A program made the translations under genes and the position numbers. Below are positions 35,601-47,600 of a stretch of 64,000 nt of DNA, piece after piece; position 1 is the first letter of the stretch, and every line of letters begins with the position of its first letter. The stretch lies in NCBI RefSeq assembly GCF_030144855.1, contig NC_082730.1:15624001-15688000 (forward strand), read 5' to 3'. This DNA is from Hypanus sabinus. Lineage: Eukaryota. The notes below the pieces were generated by a model that made no database searches, was not told where the DNA came from, and was given only the letters and a program-made list of their open reading frames with translations.

Positions 35601-38600
35601 AAACACATGGGAGAATGACAATAAGAGATAACACATCCCAGGGAATCTTTACTGTTACTATGGAGAATCTTGTCTCTCAAGATACAGGACTTTACAGATG
35701 TGGAATTGAAACATCTGGAAATCATCCAGTGTTTGACGTGGATCTACACGTGTCTGACGGTAGGTTTCTCATTGATTAACTTGGTGTCTCCACCAAATTA
35801 TCTGATTCCTGTTTTCTCTGGGAATGGTTAGGGAAGCACCGATATCCTGAGGCACTGTGGTGGTACGGAATCCCACAGGGAGCGGGTGAGGGTTGGGAAA
35901 CCCCACTCATATAGCTCTCAACCACTGACTGCATACTGACTTCCAGTAGGAGGCTCGGCATATTTTCCTGCCTCTGAACTATATGACATGTCACACCCTC
36001 AAAAGTTTACATTCAGACTAAATCTAATAATCTGATAATAACAGGTCAATGAGAAGCAAGTGTTACTCATGATCTAACTACCTCAATAGTCATAAAAATG
36101 CAATCAAATCCAGATTAAAACAGCCTGTGTTCACTCCTCCCAGGGCAGGGTATCCCACTTCCCATCCCTGCTTCAAGTATCAGTCACCCCCTCTCCTACC
36201 ACGTGTTCTTTCTCTCTGTCCCCCTCAAAGTGCTCCAGTAATCCCCCTCTCAGCACCCATTGACCATCCACTTCCTGGCAGCCAGACTCTCCATCTGACC
36301 TATTGCTGCGGGAAATGGAGCAATGAAAAGAGATGGATAAGATAGAGGCAGGAAAGTTGATTCCACTAGTAGGTGAGACTGGAATTAGGGAACATTGCCT
36401 CAAGATTCAGTGGAGTAGATTTAGAGTGAAGTTGAGGAGGAACTGCTTTTCTCAGAGAGTGGTGAATCTGGAATTCTCTGCTCAATGAAGAAGTGGAGGC
36501 TTCATCAGTAAATATATTTAAGACAAGGGTGGAATGATTATTGCATAATTGGGGAATTAAGGGCTATGGGGAAAGGGAAGATAGATGGAGATGAGTCCAT
36601 GGTCACATCAGCCATAAACTTATTGAACTGTGGAGCAGGCTCATTGGGTCAGATAGCCAAGACAGCTGCTATTTCTGATTTTGTTATGAATGTTCAGAGA
36701 ATTAGATATCCTGGGAAGTGATGATATGCTGATCCTAGGATTAAACTTGCTAAATGGAGAAATGCAATCTCCTCCTCCTCCTCCTCCTCCTCTGCAGTCT
36801 CAGCATAGTTACACGATCTTTGTGCAGACCACGTCCATCCCTAAAGATTTCTGCATTAATCTCAATGCCAAATGTTTCTCTCTTCACTGAACCCCGTCAC
36901 AAATTCATTTTCCCCTGAAGCCAACTAACTTCTGATGGATATCTCACAAGTTGCTGCTTTTAAACACTCAACTATCACTTTATGAGATACCCCTTTTACA
37001 GAATAAAGTAACCAATGGATGCATGTTTGTTGTATTATGCTGCTGTAGCCCATCAGCTTCAAGGTGCAATGTATTGTGCATTTAGAGATGCTCTTTTGCA
37101 GACCACTGTTGTAACACATGGTTATTTTGAACAGCTTTGTTGTGACATATGATTATCTGAATTCCCGTCACCTTTCCAGCAGCTTGAACTGGTCTGGCCA
37201 TTCTCCTCTGATCTCTCTCATCAACAAGCGTTCCTTCTCCTCATAGAATTGCTGCTCACTGGATGTTACTTGGATTTCTACCCCAAGAACTCCCTGTATA
37301 TCAATTCTAAAGGGATCCAGATATTAAATTCCAGGTGATGTCAAACTCTACTAATGTATGAGCAGCATTTGAAGCCTCTGGGCAAGTACTTGCAGGAGTT
37401 TAGAAGAACGAGGGTGGATTTCATGGAAAACAATCCAGCATTGAAATGCCTGGTGGTTGTGGAGAGGATGTTTCCTATAGTGTGGGCCTCTAGGACTAGA
37501 GGGCACAGACTCAGAATAGAAGGACATCTCTTTATAAGAGAGATGAGGAGGAATTTATTTAGCCAGAGCCTGGTGAATCTGTGGAATTCGATGCCACAGG
37601 AAGCAGTGGAGGCCAAATTATTGGGTATATTTAAAGCAGAGATTGATAGGTTCTTGATTAGTATGGGCATCATTGGTTACAGTGAGAAGGCAGGAGGATA
37701 GACAGAGAATAATAAATCAGCCACGATTGAATGGTGGAGCAGCATTAATGGACTGAATGGCCTAATTCTGCTCCTATGTCTGATGGTCTTATGGTCTATG
37801 GTCTTTCTGGTTCTCCAGTCTCACATGATTCCTTGTTGGCTTCAAGTGGATATCAGTACCAATGGGTTCCCTTCCTGCTGTAGGTCAGTGAAACCAATCA
37901 CTCTCTCCTTAAAGTCACCATTAATTTTGTATGTATCTGGCAATTTCCTGTTTTCAAACTATGGAGAGTTTTCCAGAACATCCAGATGCTGCCATTCCAG
38001 AGTCAAACTGTTAGGTCTCACTTTAGACTGTTTCCCTGCTGCTGAGAGAGATTGAAGCCTGATTTTCACACAGATACATATTCAGTGTCATTACTGTTGT
38101 ACTGATCAGGAGTCCTGCTGTTTTCGGTGATGTTGACAGAAATGGAAGTTCTGGCAGCTGTGAGGATGTCGAGACACAATGGAGTTGATGAGCTGCTGAG
38201 ATTCCAAACTGGTGGCTCCTGGTTGAGATACAGTACTGCAGAAATCTTTGGTGTGTTTGATTTTCAGATGTTCACTATTTATTTTCCACAGAACCCGTGT
38301 CTGCTCCTTTGCTTAAATTTTCACCACGAACAAGTGGCTCAAGTTGTGGGGACTCAATGTCAGTGTCCTGTGAGTCTGTCCATGGATCCTTTCCCATTCA
38401 GTACTCATGGTATGAAAAGACACCATCTGTAGATTCAAATATCTCTGATACCAATAAACTGGATCTACATTGTCAATCCTTAAAATACAACAACCATCTG
38501 TATTATTGCAAAGCCTCAAATACTCAAGGAGAAAAGTCTAGTGAAATGGTCAATGTGTCCATCTCCAGCAGTGTCAGCACCTGCAGAAATGTGATTGAAG

Positions 38601-41600
38601 TCAACAGCACGGGTAAGTGGTGCAGGGTTTGATTCATCATGATGGTTGATGGAGTACAACTGAGTGACTGATGTGTACTGGATATTGTGTTGTTGGAACT
38701 TCACTCAGGAGCATGGAGTGAATGTTGTCACCACCTTTCAGAGAATGAAAAGCCTTTGGGCACAGTCGTTTAAATGTGAGTCTCTCACCATAGCGTCTCC
38801 TGTCTGATCAGCTCTCACTGGCTGGGTGTGAATGTGCCTCATCTGGTAATATTTCTGGCCATTCATTAAGATAGTCCTTCCAAGATAAACCACTTCATCG
38901 TTGAAAATAATTATGTCTATGTCACCATATACTACCCTGAGATCCATTTTCCTGTAGGCATTCACAGTAGATACAAATGAATACAACAGACTCAGGGTAA
39001 AACTACACACAATCAAAAATGCTCAAACAATCAATGTGCAAAATAAGACAAATAGTGCAAAGACAAAAGAAACAAATAATAAATAAATAAATAACAAGAG
39101 AATATCTGCAGATGCTGGAGAGCAAAGCACTACACATAAATTGCTGGAAGTACTCAGAAGATCCAGGCAACATCTATTGAAAATAGTCATCTATTGTCAT
39201 TTTGGGCTGAAACCCTTCATCAAGACTGGAAAAAAAGATTAGGAGTCAAAGTAAGAAGGTCACCGGGAGGAGAGGGAGAAGTGCAAAGTAATAGGTTATA
39301 GGTGAAATCGAGAGAATGGGAGGGGTGAAATAAAGATCTGGAAAGTCAATTGGTGAAAGCAATAAAGGGCTAGAGAAGGGGAAATCTGATAAGAGGGAAC
39401 AGAAGGCAATGGAAAGCAGGGAATGTGGAGGAGAACCAGAGTGAGGTCATGGGCAGGTTAGGAAATTGGTCAGGGAGGGAAAGAAGAATGGGGAAAGGTG
39501 AAGGAGATAAATAAATACTGAGATGATGAGCTGTAGGGTCCTTGAAAGTGAGTTCATTGGTTGCAGAATCAGTTCAGTGTTGATGGGTGAATTCATCCAT
39601 GATGGTTCAGGAGCCTAAAGGTTGAAGATAATAACTGGTCCTGAACCTGGTGATATGGGATCTAAGCCTCCAGCAACTCCTTCATACTGGCAGCAGCATG
39701 AAGAGAGCATAGCTTGGATGATAGGGGTTCTTGCTGATCAATACACTCTTGTGCCCAGGACTTACTGCCTCAATTTGGCCCATACCCGTTCTTTCCTTTC
39801 TGGCCTGAAGCTTAAATCGGTCAGACATTGACTCGAGCCTCACTCTTGGGCCACCAGCATTGTCAGCAGATTTGGTCCAATTAAAAATGTTCCTGTTAAG
39901 GAAGAAGGCAAGCATAGGAACAGCAGACTGATTTCTGAAATGTCATCAGTGACACAAGATCAGAGATTTGGTTGATTGGGGTTTTATTTGATGGAGTTCA
40001 GCACGCCGAAAGGTGATCTCATAGAAGCCTGCAGTATTTTAGCAGAGTGATACAGATGCAGATAGGAAGCTTCAAATGCCAGGGAATACAAGATAGTCTT
40101 ACCTCCAAGAGAACCACATACATCTTGTAAGATTTGGAGGCTTGCATGCCTCAATGACCCACAGAGCTATGTTGGCTGGAGTGAGGGCTTTATACTTTGG
40201 CAGTTGATTGGGTCACCCATGCCAAACAGGTCAAAGGGTAGAGGCCAGACTTAGAGTGGTCCACCAATCCTGCAGGTTCAGGGGATTCGCTCAGGACTGA
40301 CAAGCTTGCCTGCTTAAACAAAATTGTCATGGAAACAGGAATGAATAATCCTTCTCCATCAGGGTTTGACGGTATTGCTCAGTCTCTACCTGGGACTTGC
40401 ATGACTGACAGTAGTAAAAACCCAGAGAAATCTACTAACACAATGAAGGAAGCCCCGAACATCGCCAGAGATAGGAAACCTTCATTTCTGCCCGAAACAC
40501 CAGTGGTGTAACAGACAGTAATTAAGTAAGCATGGAGGCTTAGAAATAATTTGAAGGGTGAGATATTTAAAACTGAGATTAGGAAAGATTTCTTCTCCCA
40601 GAATGTGGTGAACCCATATTCATGAAAATTGAGTTATTTTTCTCAGAGGTAGAGAGATCAAGAGATATGAGAAACAAAAGACCTTGCCATTTTAAAATTC
40701 ATTTTATTTATTTATTTATTTAAATTCTTATGTTGAGATAAGTATAATTTATATATATATATATATAAATAAATCTAGTTGCACTACCAAAGCCAAAGCT
40801 GTTTGGTAAAGAAAAAAAGGTAAAAAAAAACCTTATCAGATAGTGAAATATGTTATTTACCAGCATCTGTACTTTAACGGGAAATGGAAGGGTTTGAAAA
40901 TAATTCAAAAACGGTCCCCACAAATTCTGAAAACCTTGGTTAGATTCAGAAATTGAACAACGAATCTTTTCTAAATTTAAGCATGCCATAACATCCCGAA
41001 ACCAGTGAGCATGATTAGGCGGAGCAGCATCCTTCCATTTAAGCAAGAGCGCCCTTCTAGTCTTAAGAGAGATAAGAACCAGAATGTGCAAGTCAGATGT
41101 CTTCAAAATGATATCTTTCCCTCCAACAATACCAAATAAGGAGGTCAGTGGATTAAGTTTAAAATTTACTTTAAAAGGTACAGAAAAAGTTTGGAATACT
41201 TCCTTCCAATATTTTTCAAGACTTGAACTTGTCCAAAACATATGAATGAATGAAGCTTCTCCATTGTTACACCTATCACAGTAGGGAGTTATATCCATAT
41301 GAAAATGAGATAGCTTATCCTTGGTCATATAATCCCTATGGACCTCTTCAAATTGTAGGAGGGAATGACAGGCACATAATGATGAAGTATTAACCAGTTT
41401 AAATATTTCTTTCCAAGTTTCCTCAGAAATTGAAGTCCGTAAATCTTGTTCCCAAAGATTTTTGATTTTGTCTAAAGAAGCATTTCTCATTCCTATCAAC
41501 ACATTATAAATATTGGATATTGAACCATTATAAAAAGGTTTCAAGTTATGAATTTCATCTAATAAGTTCTTAACATGACTTTTAGGAAATGTATATAATT

Positions 41601-44600
41601 GAGATCGCAGAAAGTCTCTAATTTGTAAATATTGAACAAAGTGGGTTTTTGGTAAACTATATATAGTTGACAGTTGTTCAAATGAAGAAAGACTTCCTCC
41701 AACAAACAGATCCTGGAAACATTTAATACCCAATCTATCCCATTGTTTTAAAACTACATCAGTCATAGATGGCTTAAAAATAATTAAGAAAAATGGGAAA
41801 ATCTAAATGGGAAAGGGAAAATTTCAATAAACCAAAGCGTTTTCTAAATTGTATCCAGGTCCTCAAGGTATGTTTAACAACCACATTTTCAGTTATTTTA
41901 TTGAAAGATAAAGGAAGTGAAGATCCCAAAAAAGAGATGATAGAAAATTTATTAACAGAGTTAGCTTCTAAAGAAGCCCACCCTGGACAGTTCCAATGAT
42001 TAATATAATATAACCAAAATGTAAGATTCCGTATATATACTGCCAAATAATAAAACATAAAATTTGGTAAAGCTGAACCTCCATTCTTTTTAACTTTCTG
42101 GAGATGAACTTCATTCAGTCGAGGATGTTTATTTTTCCACATATAAGAGAATAAAATAGAGCCAAGAGAATCAAAAAAGGATTTAGTAATAAAATCAGGT
42201 AAGGCCTGGAAGAGGTATATAAATTTAGGTAAGATATTCATTTCAATAGAATTAATTCAGCCAATCAATAACAACGAAAGAGGTGATAATTTGATAATCT
42301 TTTTATGTCATTTAATAGAGAGCCCTGCTGACAGTTGATGGGATAAAATCTTTTTAAAATTGCTCCTACCTTACTTATCTCTTTATTTCCTACCAGTTTT
42401 GAAACCTTGTTACAAATCTTAATAGTGCTCTAATATGTCTCTGAGAAAAATGAAAGCCGCTGCAAAAGGAACAGAACAAGACTCTCCAACTACTTTGGAA
42501 TCTATTGGAGATTTCCTTAAAAAGCAAAGAACGGAACTCTCTGATGAATTTCAACATCTTAATGTCAAGTTGGATGCTATTCAACAAACTTTAAACGAAC
42601 ATGAAAAGCAAATTAAAGAGAATAAAGAAGCTTTGTCATTATTGGAAGCCGACTTAGAATATGTGAGAAAGATCTCCAAAATATTATCATTATCTAATGA
42701 ATAATTGACAAAGAAGATTATCAACCTTGAAAGCAGAAGCAGAAGGAACAATTTACGTATTTTGGGTCTTGAAGAATCAATTGAAGGTGATCACCCCTTG
42801 GAGTTCTTTGCAAGCATTTTGAAGCAGCTATTCACGAATTCATTGCCATCCGTGCCTAATTTGGACTGCGCCCATCGATCACTATTCCCGAAACCCAAGG
42901 CAGGAGAAGGCCCCATTTTGGTCATTTTATGCTTTCATGAATTTCACACTAAGAAGCTTTTAATCTGACATACCTGTCAAGTCAGAACAATTGATTTCAA
43001 CGGGAAGAAAATTAGATTTGTGGAAGATTATGCACCGGAGGTTTTGGCTGAGTGTGCTAAGTACAAAGAGGTCATATTGTTGCTTTATAAGAAAGGGTTT
43101 AAGTCCTCTCTTTATTTCCCTGCAAGTCTCAGAATCGTTTTGGAAGATAGCAAGTGCAAATGGCTGGGATCAGTCAAACATGCTCAGAAGTTTATGGAAG
43201 CAGAAGATTAATTGCATTATATCTTTTACAAGAGCAGTTATCTTTTAAATGTTGAATAGTATAAGGTTTTAATAAACTTATGCTTTGACCGTTTATATAA
43301 ATTGTTTTTTTTTTGATATTTTTTACTATTTTATTCTTTCCTGTGAGGTTTTCGCATATATATATATATTTCTTATGAAATTGTTAAAATATATCCTCTT
43401 ATGTTTTGGATTTTTGATCTAAGTTTTTTCTTTGTTTTGTCTGGGTAGGAACGAAACAACTTACTAAGTTTTGGAGTTTCGCCAGCAGGATTCCCTGGCA
43501 AGGGTTATCTCTAGAGTTAGCTTGCTGGCTGACCTTTAGCCGTCTTTTCTGGCTTTGGGAGGGGGGGGGGTGGGTTCTTTTTTTTTCTGGAAGCTGGGTT
43601 GGGCTAACGTTCAAATTTTCTGCTTGAGTACCTTATTTCGTGGTCTGTCTTTTGGATCTGATAATTTATGCTCAGATCTTTTAATTCTTCTGTTAATTAC
43701 AATTTAATATGGAGCAAAATACTAATATACTCAGTTTGAATGTGAAAGGGTTAAATCATCCTGTAAAATGGAATAAGCATATATTAAAATATTAAAGGCC
43801 CCTATTATTTTTCTACAAGAAACACGTGTACGTAGTTGTGATAATGCACTCTTTTTTAATCAGTGGAGGGATTTACAATTACATTCTTCATTCAGAGCAA
43901 AATCCCGTGTTGTCTCAACTTTTATAGACAATACAATTTCTTTTGTTCAACATAAAGTTGTCTCTGACCCTAATGGGTGATTTGTTATAGTGTCAGTGAA
44001 ACTAAATAATAAATTAATTGTATTTGCTAATGTGTATGACGCAGGATTTTTTTGAGCATTTCTTTTCATTTTTGTCAGATTTGAGCTCTTATTCTTTAGT
44101 GATGGGGGGAGATTTTAATTGTTGTCTAGATCCAGTATTAGATCATTCTTCTTTTAAGTTAACTATGCCTAATAAATCAGCTTTATTCATTTGATTCTTT
44201 CTAATGAAATGTGATAGCATTGATGTCTGGCATTTTCTTCATCCAGCAGAAAGGGAGTATTCATTCTTCTCCCATGTCCATCATTCCTATACTAGGATTG
44301 ATTATTTTTTTATTGATAGTCAATTGATTCCATTCGTTCAATCCATTACATATAAAGAAATAGCTATATCCGACCACTCTCCTGTATTTTTATCTTTAAT
44401 TCTTCCTGGTTTCACTCATATGAACAGATCATGGTGTTTTAATTTAAATTTATTATCTGACAAGGAGTTCTAAAATTTCTGAAGAATCATATTACTCTTT
44501 TTTTTTGAAGAAAATGCATTGGAAGAGACCTCCAGTCTTAGCTTTTGGGATGCTTTTGAGGCATATATCAGATGATAAATTATCTCTTTTACTGCATATA

Positions 44601-47600
44601 TTAAGAAAAAAGCTAATAAACAGAAAACTGATTTAGATAATTAATTAAAACAGGCCAGAAATATGCTTTTGTGCCAGACCCTGAACTATACAAAAGACGT
44701 ATTGAAATGAAAACTAAATATGATCTTCTTTTAACATACCCAATTGAAAGCTAACTTTTAAAAGATAGAAGCCAATTTTATATACATGGAGAAAAAACCG
44801 GTAAACTATTGGCTAATCAGTTGAAGACCTTTAAGGCTAAATGACAAATTAAAGAAATTTGCAAAACCAATGGCAACATAACAACTTACCATTTTGAAAT
44901 AAATAGAAATTAAAGAAAATTTTATTCTGAATTGTATATTTCTGATTCTATTAAAGATAATATAAAATGAACAATTTTTAGATCAATTAAATATTCCAGG
45001 ACTTTCGGTTGATAATCGAAAGCAGTTCAACCTATTTCTCAGGAGGAAATCACTGAGGCTATACATTCATTGCATCCTGGGAAATCTCCAGGACCTGACA
45101 GTTTCTCTGGAGAATTTTACAAGGCCTTCTCCTCATTGCTTATACCTTATTTATGTTCTACCCTCACTAAATCTTTCAAGGTGGGTAGGTTGCCACAGCA
45201 TTTTTATGAAGCTTCCATTTTGCTTATTCTTAAAAAGGATAAAAATCCCACTGAATGCTCTCCATATAGACCAATCTCCTTACTCAACATTGATGCTAAG
45301 ATCCTATCTAAAGTTCTGGCCCGTAGACTCAAAAATATTATACCTACTATAATATCTGATGATCAAACAGGATTTATTAAAAATCGATATTCCCATTTTA
45401 GTATACAGTGACTGTTAAATGTTATGCATTCTTCATCCAAGAAGTATTGGAATGTGTGATTTCTTTAGATGCAGAGAAGACTTTTGATCAAGTCAAATGG
45501 ATTTACCTGTTTAAATCCTTAGAAAAATTTAATTTTAGGCTCAACTTTATTCATTGGATTAAATTACTTTATTTATCTCCCTCTGCTCAGGTCCTTACTA
45601 ATTTTCAAACTTCTAAACCAATTAAACTTCAATGTGGAACCAGACAAGGATTCCGTAGAGTCCTTTGCTTTTTGATTTGGTGCTAGAAACTTTATCAATT
45701 GTCTTTCAAGAGTCAAAGATATTACTGGTATTTTAAGAAAAGTTACTATTCATAAAGTCTCGCTTTATGCTGATGACCTATTACTTTTCATATCTAATGT
45801 TACAACTTCTTTACCCTCTGTGTTTCATTTACTAATTTTAGTCAGTTTTCAGAATATAAATTGAATTTACATAAGAGTGAATTGTTTCCTTTAAATAACT
45901 TGATACCAATCGACATTAACCTTCCTTTTAAAATTGTAAATAAATAATTTACATATTTGAGCTTAACAATCACTAAGAATTACAAAGATTCATTCAAAGA
46001 AATTTTTTTAACCTCAATAAATTATGTGAAAAAGACACTTTCTAATTGATTGCCTGTCTCTTTATCATTGATTGGTTGAATTAATTCTATTAAGATCAAT
46101 ATTTTACCTAAATTTGTATACCACTTTCAAGCTGTACCTGTTTTCATTCTTAAGTCTTATTTTGATTCTCTAGATTCCATTCTTTCTTCCTACAAATGGA
46201 AGAACAGAAAACCTCAATTAAATAAAGCCCAGCTTCAAAAAAGCAAAAAGAATGGGGTTTTGCTTTACCTAACTTTAGGTTATATTATTTGGCAATTAAC
46301 ATACGAAATCTTATATTTTGGTTATATTAATCATGAGGAATGGCCAATATAGGTCTTTTTGGAAGCCAATTCTGTTACCAAATTTTCTATTATTTCTTTT
46401 CTTGGACCCTCACTTCCTTTACCTGTAAGTAAATTAACTGACAGTTTGGTGGTTAAACACACTTTGAGGATCTGGCTACAGTTTAAAAAACATTTTGGTT
46501 TATTGAGATTTTCTCTTTCCAGTCCTATTTTATCTATTTTTTTTAAACCATCTATGACCGACTTGATTTTTAGAGAATGGGATAGATAGGCATTAAACGA
46601 TTTCAAGATCTGTTTGTTGGAGGGAATCTCTTCTTTTGAGCAGCTCTCAGTGAAATATAACCTATCTAATACCCACTTTTTTGATAGCTCCAGATTAGAG
46701 AGTTTTTAAGATCTAAATTACTGGATAAGAACAGAATATATGTAATTTTTAATTTGAAACCTTTAGAAAATGGCTCAATCTCTTATATTTATGGTCTGTT
46801 ATTGGGATTGAGAATGGCTCCTTTAGATAAAATTTTAAAAGATTGGGAAAAGGACTTGCGGACTTCATTATCTGATGAGACCCGGAGGGTTATTTTCAAA
46901 ATGGTTAATTCTTCATCATTATGTGCTCGTCATTCCCTCCTACAATTTAAAGTAGTACATAGGGCTCATATGTCTAAAGACAAGCTCTCTCCATTATATT
47001 GCAGATATATCTCCTTACCGTGACAGACGCAATAATGGAGAGGCTTCATTAATTCATACGTTTTGGTCATGTTTGAGCCTTGAAAAATATTGGAAAGATG
47101 TATTATAAACTTTTCTGTACTTTTTAAAGTTAGTTTTAAGCCCAATCCTTTAACTGCCTTATTAAGGAAAGAACCATAATTTTGGAGCCTTCTCAATCAC
47201 GGGTACTGGCTTTTACTTCTCTTATGGCTAGGAGGGCGATCTTCCTTAAATGGAAGGAGATTGCCCCCCCCAACACATGCGCTATGGTTATGTGATGTTA
47301 TGTCATGTTTAAATCTAGAGAAGATTCGTTGTTCGATTTCCGATTCTAACCAGGATTTTCAAACGTTATGGGGGCCCTTTCTGAACTATTTTAAAAATCT
47401 TTGAATTGTTATTATAATATGATCGGGACTATTATTATAAAATACTATATGGTAAAGTATTCTTTTCTGTTTTTTCTTTCTCCAACCTGCTTTGGCTTGG
47501 TAGAGGGTATAGATTTTTTTTTATAATATGATCAATCATACTAATGTATTGCATCATTCAATTTGTTTTATTTGATAGATCATCAATATGGGATACTGTG

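Larger units (their letters stand above)
26350..37270 (+). repeat. Tandem intragenic duplication of a ~5.5-kb C2-intron-V-intron unit (copies at ~26350-31800 and ~31800-37270)
   Basis: Exon periods are 5441 bp (C2b to C2c) and 5620 bp (V2b to V3b). Both copies share the same intronic CR1 and Tc1 fragments in the same order, and near-identical spurious ORFs (30507/36127, 30156/35776). Confidence 0.9.

Noticed and set aside
7281-35759. Rearranging antigen-receptor V segments (Ig/TCR/NAR)
   Set aside because: No CACAGTG heptamer/nonamer RSS follows the V exons. Each includes its own G strand and ends in a GT splice donor.
7281-38612. True polymeric Ig receptor (pIgR) orthologue
   Set aside because: pIgR ectodomains are all-V, and D1 has a longer CDR1 (CxY-x10-KYWC with VNRH). 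These domains have CxY-x8-KY and alternate with C2 domains, so I call them only CD300/pIgR-like.
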